Of a stretch of DNA of 30,663 bases, positions 15,124 to 23,954 are shown piece after piece. The notes under the pieces are model-generated. The model saw only the letters and a program-made list of their open reading frames with translations. It was not told the origin of the DNA and did not search any database. The stretch's first letter is position 1. Every line of letters starts with the position of its first letter. Origin of the DNA: an uncultured virus (IMG/VR IMGVR_UViG_3300023198_000617) (lineage: Duplodnaviria; Heunggongvirae; Uroviricota; Caudoviricetes; Crassvirales); the IMG/VR virus record IMGVR_UViG_3300023198_000617. One strand, given 5' to 3'. Both the position numbers and the translations under genes were made by a program.

Positions 15124-18100
15124 TTATACTTTTAACTTGTCGCTAAATATATATCCATTCCATGCAACTTCTCCTTTACTTCCCTCGCCTCCTTCTACCT
15201 CTCCTACAGCAGACGATTGAGATAAGTTTCTAATCTTAGCCATAGGATTTCCTTTTGCATCTACTTGAACACCTCCTTGATCATGAGTATTCATACCTGA
15301 ATAATCTACAATTACAGGATTTTGATTAGGAGCAGGAAATCCTTTTGATTGTGTCGTTAAATCTCCACCAAACTCTGCAACTGCTCCATAGTAAGGTGTA
15401 TCAGCTTGTGCTATTTGCTGCTCACCTGCTGTCCTTAATTCATCAAGTCTACCCTTTACTTTCAGAGCTTCAGCAGCTTCAGCAGCTCGTTTCTTTCCTA
15501 CAAGAGCATCTGTAACTTTACCTGCCATATTTAGAATAGGTCCAGCAATCATTCCAATTCCCGGTATCGCAGATACAGCACTTCCTGCACCTTGTAGAAT
15601 ACCTCCTGCATTATCCCCTAACCAACTACCAAAACCAAATTCAGGAAGACCCATAAGATCACCACCATAAGCATATCCACCTTCATTTGGTGGTAACTGT
15701 ACTGGTGTTCCAGCTCCCTGTGTTCCGAGATTTAAAGCAGGTTGTACTTGTTGTTGTCCGAGTGCTTGTATTTGCTGACCTGCTTGAGTCTGCTCAACAG
15801 GTATGTTAGCAGGACCTTGTTGCATCAAACCTCCAATTCCTCCTGCAAGTTGTCCTACAGAACCTCCTATACCTTTTGCAACCTGACCGAATATACCTTG
15901 TGGCATAGGATTATCAAGATATTTAAGAGCATCAAGTGATCCACCTACTCTATATTGTGGTACATCTCCAAGATAACCTCCTTGTTCAAATTCTCGTAAT
16001 TGCTGACGATATAATTCTGCTCCTCCTAATACTCCACCGTGAGCAAATGGTTTAAGTACAGGTTTACCTTTTGCATAACTTTTAGGAACAGCTACTTCAT
16101 ACCACTCATTACCTTTATAATCCTTAACTATTTTTGGTTCTACACCAAGTTCTTTCTTAGCTAAACTTGGAAAACCTGCATATCTGTTAGAAATAGTTTG
16201 TTGACTTGATCCAAGAAACGGTTCATCGCTACCATGTTTATTGAAATGATCAATCGCTTCATACGCCTCATCAATTTTTTCTTGATAACTTTTCCTTGTA
16301 GTAGGATCAAGATCAGAATTATGACTGAGACTTAAATTTAATTCGTCTGTAAGTTCAGCTGCTTGTCTTCTATATGCATCTATATCAGTAGCATCTAATG
16401 TTCTTCGTTTAAAATCCTGAATCACTTCTCCTGTCTCACGAGTAGGGTATCGTACCGCAGTTCTACCTTCTTTTGCTGCTTTCATAAGATTCTCTTGAAG
16501 CAACCTTTTCGGCATAGCCTTTTCAAGTAATTTTTTTTGTTCAAGATTTTTAATCTCAGCTTTTTTACTTAAAAACGTAGGTCCTTGTCCCCTTGCTTGA
16601 ATTTGTAATTCTTTATATACATTATCAGATATAGCATCACCATCATTTAAAATCCATTTTATAATTCTATTACTACCGGGATTCATATCATGGATCGGTG
16701 CAGCACCTTCTATATTTTTACCAACACTTTTATTTGCAGATTCCATTCTATCAATCTGTTTCTGCAAATTTTCTACAGTTTGACCTTTCAATTCCCTAAA
16801 CGGAGATTCAGGGTTTTGAAAATAATCAGATTGAGCTTCAGGTACATATAATGTATTTGGATCATCAGAAAATCTCCACGTTCTATTATGAGCTAGTGCA
16901 TTAGGATCATCAAAATGCATATCACTTCCTGATCCAAGTTCAGGACTTGAATAAACATCAGTCTCAGCAGCTATAGTTAGTGGAGGAGTATCATCATATC
17001 CTAATCTACCTGTACCATAGGTAGAATATTCTGTAGAAGGGTTACTTCTTAATCCAATTATTTCATCATTAACAGCTTGTTTAAGATTGCTAACATTTAT
17101 TTTTTTCTGATTTGGATACTTATCATCTAATATTTTTTGTAATAAAACTTTATCAGATTGAGGAGTATTATGTCCCTTGATAACAGACTCAATATTTCCT
17201 CTCGCTACAAGACCTGATTTATCACCTTTCAACTTACCCATAGATTCTAATTCGTAGAAAGGTCCTTTAGGTTTAACAGATTTAGGAGGTGTAGGAAATT
17301 TAGTAACACCTCTTGATGCAATTTTACTTACAGCCTTACTACCTAATTTACTTGCAACTCCTTCTGTCATCATATCAATACCACCCCACGCTGCACCTTC
17401 AGCTAATAGTCCAGCTTGACCAGCTATTCCACTCCTGCCTCTTTCTATCTCTGCTTGAGTAGCTCTACGCCCTTTAAGTAATGCTGTACCTGCTGTCCCA
17501 AAATCTTTAACCTGATTAGCTCTTTGTTGTTTGTCAACTTCTGCCTGTTCAAGAGCAGCATATCTGGAAGGTAATTCAGGTTCTCTGAAAACATCACCGT
17601 ATGAATCATACATAATAGGAGCCTGACGAAATGGAGCACTTGTTGGATTAGGTACAATTTCTCCACCACCCTGATAAATAGGAAATTCACCAATAGTCTG
17701 ATCCTGTCCCATAGGTGTACTATCTCCTTGAAGATAACCACCATCTTTTAAGTTAAAACTAGCTCTAGTAGGAAGTGTTTGATCTCCAATAGCTTCGTTG
17801 TAAAGTTGTAAGTATTCTTCTGGAGTTTTATTCTCCTCATCAACCTTATAAGGCTTCTTGTCTCTTATTGTATTACCCAAGTATCCTCTAGCTCCTCCTC
17901 TTCCTAAGAAGTGGGAAAGTGCTGCAATTTCATCTGGTCTGTACTTATAACTTTTTCCTATCTGTGGTTTATATTCAGCCTCTAAATCCACAGCATCTTT
18001 AAACAAGTTAGTCTTTCTACCGGTCTTACTCATGTCGCCATAAATACTTTTCCTCATATACTCATTCTGAAGAGTTGTATCAGCACCAAACTGTTCTCTA

Positions 18101-18999
18101 TTAAGAACCTCATTCTCCTTTAACCAGTTGGGGTCCATAGTACTATACAGTTGTCCGTAAAAACCTGTAGCAGTAGAAGATGGATTGAACATGAGTTGTC
18201 CATTAGCACTTTCTACGGATTTGATACCTCGCATAAACATCTCAGGATCAAAAGGTCTATTCTTATTAGCATCGTTACCTTCTGGAATTTGTCCTCCGTC
18301 TTGAAATCTAATATCTACTTTGGAACCTTCTCCCGATGGAGAACCGTAAAACCTTCCTAAGTTTCTCGCCTGTCCATAAATACTTGGACCTCTTGACGGA
18401 ACTGATCTTAAATAATCAACAACGTTAGGATTTGGAACCCTGTTGTTATAATTGTATTGGTCTGATATAATAGTATCTTGAGGTGTAACCTGTATACTTG
18501 CCTGTCCTAAAGTAGTCTTCAGATTATATGCAGGACTGAGCATCTTCTTTACTACTTCAAAATTTGACGAACTACCACCAACATCACTATAAGGATTTGT
18601 ACTGGTTCCATAGTCAGCGTACTCTATGACATTCTTACCTTTAGCTAGATTTTTTCTGGCTATATCTTTAAGTAAGTCTAACTCATTCTTACGTAAACTT
18701 TTTTCAGTAATAGCACCTTCACCACCAAAAATATCATATCCAAGCTGATTAACGTTCAGAGGCACTCCTATCCTTTTATGATAAAAGTCTCTAAATACTC
18801 CACTTAACTTTCTCTTCTCCCTAATACTATCTTGAACATAAGCGTCATACGATCTCTTAGAAACTTTACCCCAAATTCCATCTGGTTCCGGTGCACCTAT
18901 ATCATATCCAGCATCAAGTAATTGTTGCTGTACTTTAACAATATCGTCTTTAGATTTGTTTTCGATATTCTTATCCGATATACGTTTAGTTCTTGGCAT
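15124..18999 (-). CDS. Modular virion cargo protein (1291 aa): peptidoglycan-binding domain, unknown domain, lysozyme/transglycosylase-like domain, H-x-R/E-x-QSD domain, C-terminal crAss cargo motif
   Basis: PGBD-like IVKVQQQLLDAGYDIG...DGIWGKVS; lysozyme-like IKSVESANG...NPSSTATGFYGQ...SHFLGRGGA; HF...AHNR...LYVPEAQSDYFQ; C-terminal THDQGGV...EVEGGE...YIFSDKL. Lies immediately after the muzzle gene, as crAss cargo protein 1 does. Confidence 0.82.
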   Translation of the reverse strand: MPRTKRISDKNIENKSKDDIVKVQQQLLDAGYDIGAPEPDGIWGKVSKRSYDAYVQDSIREKRKLSGVFRDFYHKRIGVPLNVNQLGYDIFGGEGAITEKSLRKNELDLLKDIARKNLAKGKNVIEYADYGTSTNPYSDVGGSSSNFEVVKKMLSPAYNLKTTLGQASIQVTPQDTIISDQYNYNNRVPNPNVVDYLRSVPSRGPSIYGQARNLGRFYGSPSGEGSKVDIRFQDGGQIPEGNDANKNRPFDPEMFMRGIKSVESANGQLMFNPSSTATGFYGQLYSTMDPNWLKENEVLNREQFGADTTLQNEYMRKSIYGDMSKTGRKTNLFKDAVDLEAEYKPQIGKSYKYRPDEIAALSHFLGRGGARGYLGNTIRDKKPYKVDEENKTPEEYLQLYNEAIGDQTLPTRASFNLKDGGYLQGDSTPMGQDQTIGEFPIYQGGGEIVPNPTSAPFRQAPIMYDSYGDVFREPELPSRYAALEQAEVDKQQRANQVKDFGTAGTALLKGRRATQAEIERGRSGIAGQAGLLAEGAAWGGIDMMTEGVASKLGSKAVSKIASRGVTKFPTPPKSVKPKGPFYELESMGKLKGDKSGLVARGNIESVIKGHNTPQSDKVLLQKILDDKYPNQKKINVSNLKQAVNDEIIGLRSNPSTEYSTYGTGRLGYDDTPPLTIAAETDVYSSPELGSGSDMHFDDPNALAHNRTWRFSDDPNTLYVPEAQSDYFQNPESPFRELKGQTVENLQKQIDRMESANKSVGKNIEGAAPIHDMNPGSNRIIKWILNDGDAISDNVYKELQIQARGQGPTFLSKKAEIKNLEQKKLLEKAMPKRLLQENLMKAAKEGRTAVRYPTRETGEVIQDFKRRTLDATDIDAYRRQAAELTDELNLSLSHNSDLDPTTRKSYQEKIDEAYEAIDHFNKHGSDEPFLGSSQQTISNRYAGFPSLAKKELGVEPKIVKDYKGNEWYEVAVPKSYAKGKPVLKPFAHGGVLGGAELYRQQLREFEQGGYLGDVPQYRVGGSLDALKYLDNPMPQGIFGQVAKGIGGSVGQLAGGIGGLMQQGPANIPVEQTQAGQQIQALGQQQVQPALNLGTQGAGTPVQLPPNEGGYAYGGDLMGLPEFGFGSWLGDNAGGILQGAGSAVSAIPGIGMIAGPILNMAGKVTDALVGKKRAAEAAEALKVKGRLDELRTAGEQQIAQADTPYYGAVAEFGGDLTTQSKGFPAPNQNPVIVDYSGMNTHDQGGVQVDAKGNPMAKIRNLSQSSAVGEVEGGEGSKGEVAWNGYIFSDKLKV

Positions 19000-19009
19000 A
19001 ATATTTTTT

Positions 19010-19036
19010 ATTATGTCATTATGTAAAATTAGTCAA
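19010..19036 (-). promoter_or_regulatory. Possible promoter upstream of the cargo/RNAP block
   Basis: 80-bp AT-rich gap between muzzle and cargo genes. The minus strand reads TTGACT-N15-CATAAT, with TG one base upstream of the hexamer. The spacing is short and the predicted leader very short, so support is weak. Confidence 0.25.
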
Positions 19037-19079
19037 GTATTTAGAAGAACTCAACATTTAGCATTAAAACTTTCTAATA

Positions 19080-22000
19080 CTAACTATTAGATATAGTAAA
19101 AGATGTTATAATATCATGTATTACAAATTCTTTATTTGCAGCACCGAGATAATCAAACTTAGCAAACATATGAGTATCACGCATACGTGCATATCTATTA
19201 GCTTGAGGAGTTGTACCATCTGTTAAATACACTGCTCTTGGAATAGTATATCTCCACTTCCTCATTCTACGTCTTACGTTGTCTCTGACGGTTAGAGTAA
19301 TCTGTCCTGTATTCTGATAATCATTCCACATCTGAAGAGTTTCCCATGTCTCAGGTTCATCCACTCCACTAGTTCGTGCTTCTGTAAGCCACTCAAAATT
19401 ATTGAAAATAGATATATCTTCTTGATGTGGATTAAGAAGTAGAGTAACAGAAATTTGTCTATACGCATCATAGATATATCCTCTGTCAGAATAAAAATCA
19501 TTATGTCTATGAATATCCCATGTAGCTATATGACTAATAGTTTTGTCAAGATAATTCATGACGAACTCAGGTTGTAGATCAGTAAAACTTACAAAGGAAT
19601 CAGTAAGTTCACCATATATTATTGTCCAGTTATTCGTAACATCTGTAAGACAAACTTCTTTAAATTCAGGGTCTTGCCATATATGCATACCAGTAGTAGT
19701 AGCATAATGACTATTCTTATCACTTATATCTTCATCACGAATATTATCTCTAAACCAAAAGTCCATACCTTTCATTAAAGATAACTCTTCAGGACCCTTC
19801 CCGTACCTGTACATTGATTTCCCTTTCAAATCCACCCAATAGAGAGCATTAGAGGTAAGAGTAAGATGTCTCCAATGGTAACACCCTATATCAGTCTTTG
19901 CATAGTCATATCGGTCTAAGAGACCTGCTACACCGAGACTCAATTGAGATATATTCCCTGTCTCAAGCAAAGCACGTTCGTTTACTGATACTACTCCAAA
20001 AGCACTATCTTGGAAATAGAGAAGTCTATTATTAACCAACTTCACTGCTTTGACAGGTCCGTATTGAGGATCAACGTCAATGAACTGATTAGCAGGATAT
20101 AGTAACCAATTGTCAGCAGCTTCACCATTCGTTTTTGTCAAAGATGCAAGTATTCTTGTATCAAAACTTGTTAATGATTGCCAATCAAAAGGTGCATCTA
20201 TAAATACCTTAGTAGTATTTTGCTTGGAGTAAACAGGATTGTAAACATATTGATCTCTTAATTGAACATATTGTCTGGTTGTATCATCCTCATACACACC
20301 AGCTTCATCTTGAATGAGACACGCATCAATCTCTTCGTACACTTTACTCCAAGCTGACTCATATCTCAATGATTGAACAATAGTTGTTTCTACAGCAAAC
20401 CCAAGCCAATCATTTCTAAGACCACCAGCATGAACACCATAAGTATCCAAGTGAGATGAATACATACAATCAAATGTTTCAATGTAAGTATCTCCACCAA
20501 ATGTAGCAAGTGAAGTTACAGCCTTATCTGTTACCTTACTTGCAGCTACATACTCATTATACTTTCTTGCCTGAAAAGTATTTCCTCCATATTGACTTTC
20601 ATAAACAACTCTTCTGTAATTAACAAGAGCACGATCACCATAAGATTTACTTGCTGCATCAAAACTTCCATTAGAAGCAAGGAGTAGAAAGTTTATTCCT
20701 TTACGTGTTCTATTAGGTACATCTTCAGTTATATAATGATACGCTCCGATAGTAACCTGAACATCAGTTTGCTTTACGATTATACCTTCATCCATATCTG
20801 AGAGATTCACAGTATCATGCTCATCCTCATGTCCGATATTGTCGTAAAAGAAATATCGTGTTGCATCCATATAATCCTGTGAAGCAGGAGCATAAGTAAT
20901 TAATCCTGAAGCAGTATTATTTGCAGTACCTATAATTTGTAAGTAATCTGTTGTTGGTCTTAGAACAAGATTAGAATTAAAGGAAACTTCAGGTGAATGA
21001 AACTGATACATATCTACAGTATTGTAAATAGCACCCCGCCAACGATCAGGCATAAAAGTATCAGCAGGAACAGCAGGTTTAGGTTCATTCAAAAATCCTT
21101 GAGCGAGAATACTCCGGTCAGTACTTGTACGTAGAACTCTTACGATCTGATAACTTTCAATATCACTTGAGATGCTACTGGTATCTACTTCAAAAATAGG
21201 ATATAATATATTTGCATATACTCTGATTCCTGTACTGAGAATTTCATAAACAGTTCCGTTTGAGTTTGCAGAAGGCATACGAATATCTCCAATCCATTTG
21301 ACAAATGAACTTCTACCTCTTGCATCAAAGAATACAATTCCAAATCGGTAAACTTCATCTCGGAAATATCCAGCATATCTTCCTGCTATATAAGGACTTG
21401 CATATCCTTCATAGGACCAGTTATAACGTAACCCTTCAGGAGGAACATCAGCACTACCATCATAACCTGAATGAATATCATATATGTCCGGATAGGTAGC
21501 TGTTGCTTTCTGATCTATCTCAATTTGTTTGGTATCAAAATAATAAGATACGTTTGGTCCGGTTCCACCAATAGTGCTACCGTCTGATTGAAACTTGAAT
21601 CGGTTCTCTTGAGATGTAAGGAACTGCCACTGTCCATCCAGAGATATATCATTGAATCTACATATAGCATCAGCATCCGTTGGAACTTCCCAATTAACTC
21701 CACCACCACCACCTGTAAATGATCCATCAGGAGAAACCACATACTCTACTGCACCATCTATATATGCTTTATCCCTGTAACTTGCATAAGCACAATGGTT
21801 GTAGTCTGATGCAGTACTTGAAGAACCACCAAACCGATAGGCTCTTGCATCAAATTCTATATCAAAAGCGTCTTCTGAAATATTTGCAGGAAATAAAATG
21901 TTATCTTTTGTCTCAAGATCAAACGCTGAAAACAAAGAAGTAGCTAATACTCTAAGTTCCTCAAGAGTATAGGTTCCAAGATTTTGACCTGTATCTCTAA

Positions 22001-22907
22001 AACTTATCTTATCATCGTATATATCTCCTTCAAGAATAATACGTATTTCAGGTTCATCAACCTGAGTGTAATAATTAATAGCTACGATTCGTATCCTACT
22101 ATAAGTTTCGTCACTACTGTTTAAATCTACCTCACCAGAAAATCCTTTACCAGTATTAGTATCAATATCAGAACCAAAGTATTTAGTACTGGTAGCTGCA
22201 TAATCATCTGCTTCAGTAACATGAAAGAGATCACTTACAGGACTCCATAATGTAGCAGAACCGTGTAGTTGATAAAGTTGATAAGCATATTGAACTTTAC
22301 CTGCTCTAATGTTACCTGCAATTTCTCCTATTAAATAAGGTTCTATAAGTTGAGAATTTCCAATAACTTCAATTCTATCTAAAGGAAGATTAACAAGATC
22401 ATTAGTATCAGCATTATAGACAACGTTTAAATGTCTAAGATTATTAAGTCCGTCTACCCAATAGACTTTTTGAACAGATTCATTTTCATATCGTGGGATA
22501 GCTTTGATAGGATAGTCTGTACTAAAATCCATATCTTCTTTATAGATAAGATTATAACCATCACTGGGAGAAATATGATAATTAGTAAAATCTACAGTAT
22601 AAGCATTACCTAATGTAAGACTCTCAATCTCTTCTATTGGAATCCTTATAACAACATCATCAGTAGATGTATGTGCAAGAAATACAATAATGTCATCTCT
22701 TAAAATACAATATCCAATAACAGTATAAGCAACGTCAATAATAATTCTTTCAAGTGTACCTGCTATATCCTCTAACGCACCACCACTCAATCCATCCTGA
22801 GTGAATATACGTACATTGTTAGCAGAGTAGTAATGCTTATCATCATACTTATTCTTGGATGTATCCTGATCCATCCCCTGATTGAAAGTGTTCGTCATCT
22901 TAGCCAT
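19080..22907 (-). CDS. Muzzle / tail stabilisation protein (crAss family, P22 gp10-like), 1275 aa
   Basis: N-terminal TNTFNQGMDQD...YYSANNVRI, KVYWVDGLNNLRHLN, RDEVYRFGIVFFDARGRSSFVKWIGDIRMP, FGGDTYI, DPQYGPV, C-terminal RRRMRKWR...RMRD. Size and position follow the ring protein. Confidence 0.9.
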   Translation of the reverse strand: MAKMTNTFNQGMDQDTSKNKYDDKHYYSANNVRIFTQDGLSGGALEDIAGTLERIIIDVAYTVIGYCILRDDIIVFLAHTSTDDVVIRIPIEEIESLTLGNAYTVDFTNYHISPSDGYNLIYKEDMDFSTDYPIKAIPRYENESVQKVYWVDGLNNLRHLNVVYNADTNDLVNLPLDRIEVIGNSQLIEPYLIGEIAGNIRAGKVQYAYQLYQLHGSATLWSPVSDLFHVTEADDYAATSTKYFGSDIDTNTGKGFSGEVDLNSSDETYSRIRIVAINYYTQVDEPEIRIILEGDIYDDKISFRDTGQNLGTYTLEELRVLATSLFSAFDLETKDNILFPANISEDAFDIEFDARAYRFGGSSSTASDYNHCAYASYRDKAYIDGAVEYVVSPDGSFTGGGGGVNWEVPTDADAICRFNDISLDGQWQFLTSQENRFKFQSDGSTIGGTGPNVSYYFDTKQIEIDQKATATYPDIYDIHSGYDGSADVPPEGLRYNWSYEGYASPYIAGRYAGYFRDEVYRFGIVFFDARGRSSFVKWIGDIRMPSANSNGTVYEILSTGIRVYANILYPIFEVDTSSISSDIESYQIVRVLRTSTDRSILAQGFLNEPKPAVPADTFMPDRWRGAIYNTVDMYQFHSPEVSFNSNLVLRPTTDYLQIIGTANNTASGLITYAPASQDYMDATRYFFYDNIGHEDEHDTVNLSDMDEGIIVKQTDVQVTIGAYHYITEDVPNRTRKGINFLLLASNGSFDAASKSYGDRALVNYRRVVYESQYGGNTFQARKYNEYVAASKVTDKAVTSLATFGGDTYIETFDCMYSSHLDTYGVHAGGLRNDWLGFAVETTIVQSLRYESAWSKVYEEIDACLIQDEAGVYEDDTTRQYVQLRDQYVYNPVYSKQNTTKVFIDAPFDWQSLTSFDTRILASLTKTNGEAADNWLLYPANQFIDVDPQYGPVKAVKLVNNRLLYFQDSAFGVVSVNERALLETGNISQLSLGVAGLLDRYDYAKTDIGCYHWRHLTLTSNALYWVDLKGKSMYRYGKGPEELSLMKGMDFWFRDNIRDEDISDKNSHYATTTGMHIWQDPEFKEVCLTDVTNNWTIIYGELTDSFVSFTDLQPEFVMNYLDKTISHIATWDIHRHNDFYSDRGYIYDAYRQISVTLLLNPHQEDISIFNNFEWLTEARTSGVDEPETWETLQMWNDYQNTGQITLTVRDNVRRRMRKWRYTIPRAVYLTDGTTPQANRYARMRDTHMFAKFDYLGAANKEFVIHDIITSFTISNS

Positions 22908-23644
22908 TACCGTCCGAGATTATTGTGAAGTATAAGTCTCTCACTATCAGGAGAATAATTAAACGAAGCATTGTGTAAATCGGTATGAATCCTGAGTCGT
23001 AAGAAACGATTCTTAATAGATTCCATTTCATCAATCGAAGGAATCTGAGCTTTCGTACCAGCAGCACCAATGTAAAACAGTCTGTCCTGCTCAAGTTTAT
23101 TATATTTTCTCTCAGTGAGATGATCCTGCATATAAAGTCTGAATCCTATTCTCTCAGCAATAAATGCCTGAACAGCCATGATGAACTTAATATCATCAGG
23201 AACCATTGGCATCCCTAAAGAGTTTGTAGGAAATGCTTTATAATGCAATTCTACCTGTCCTTCTTCAAAGGATGTGAAGATGTAGTTGTTATTGAGTGTG
23301 TAACTATACTGAGACTCTCGCACGAATACTTGATCCATATCTCTCAAAAAAGAACTTGACTTACAGACCATTGGCATCTTTGTATCATAATCTCTTGCAA
23401 GATATAATGAGTGTAAATCTGTTGGTAAATCTCCACGAAAATTCACTATATCAATTGGTTCAGGCATGGTATCACTTCCATTAGTAATCCTATCAATCAA
23501 TGGTTGAGGAGCACCAATTAGCGACATTACATCCCATATCCATTCGATCACTTCATCAAACTTGATCTCAAGATCGAATCCATAATCTCTGTAAACACGT
23601 TCAATAACGTAAGCTACATCAACATATTTTCCTGTTAAGCTCAT
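22907..23644 (-). CDS. Tail ring (tail tubular, P22 gp4-like) protein, 245 aa
   Basis: Motifs VIEWIWDVMSLIG, LPTDL, YTLNNNYIFTSFEEGQVELHYKAFPT...GMPMVPD, PSIDEMESIKN; coupled to the muzzle gene by TAATG. Confidence 0.85.
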   Translation of the reverse strand: MSLTGKYVDVAYVIERVYRDYGFDLEIKFDEVIEWIWDVMSLIGAPQPLIDRITNGSDTMPEPIDIVNFRGDLPTDLHSLYLARDYDTKMPMVCKSSSFLRDMDQVFVRESQYSYTLNNNYIFTSFEEGQVELHYKAFPTNSLGMPMVPDDIKFIMAVQAFIAERIGFRLYMQDHLTERKYNKLEQDRLFYIGAAGTKAQIPSIDEMESIKNRFLRLRIHTDLHNASFNYSPDSERLILHNNLGR

Positions 23645-23657
23645 CGTTATATGGTTT

Positions 23658-23954
23658 TTACATTAAAGGTGTATCAATAAAGTCGAACATCTTTTGATCA
23701 TCAGACTTTTCTTCTTTAGGTTCAAAAGGATTCTCAGTAGTGACATATTCTTTACGTTCATCAATATATTCACTCTTTTCATCTCCTTCGCTTGGTAATG
23801 ATCCATGCTTGGACTCAGTAACAATATATCCACCTTCGACCTGACGGACTTCTTTATTATGATTCATGTTACCAACTTGCCAAGACTTGCTGTATGTGAT
23901 ACTCTTAGTACCATCTTTAGCAGTTTCTCTGGTAATATTAACTCTCTCACTCAT
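23658..23954 (-). CDS. Hypothetical acidic protein, 98 aa
   Basis: ATGA overlap with the upstream gene; fills the gap co-directionally. Confidence 0.7.
   Translation of the reverse strand: MSERVNITRETAKDGTKSITYSKSWQVGNMNHNKEVRQVEGGYIVTESKHGSLPSEGDEKSEYIDERKEYVTTENPFEPKEEKSDDQKMFDFIDTPLM

Noticed and set aside
16050..17400. Possible low-GC island marking a recently acquired module
   Set aside because: Spot checks of individual 60-bp lines varied widely; a sliding-window calculation would be needed to support it.
4330..23094. Short alternative-frame minus-strand ORFs (e.g. 4330-4527, 4864-5049, 14753-14944, 17445-17744, 19292-19501, 21185-21376, 21515-21742, 22900-23094)
   Set aside because: Nested out of frame within well-supported genes; no independent evidence.
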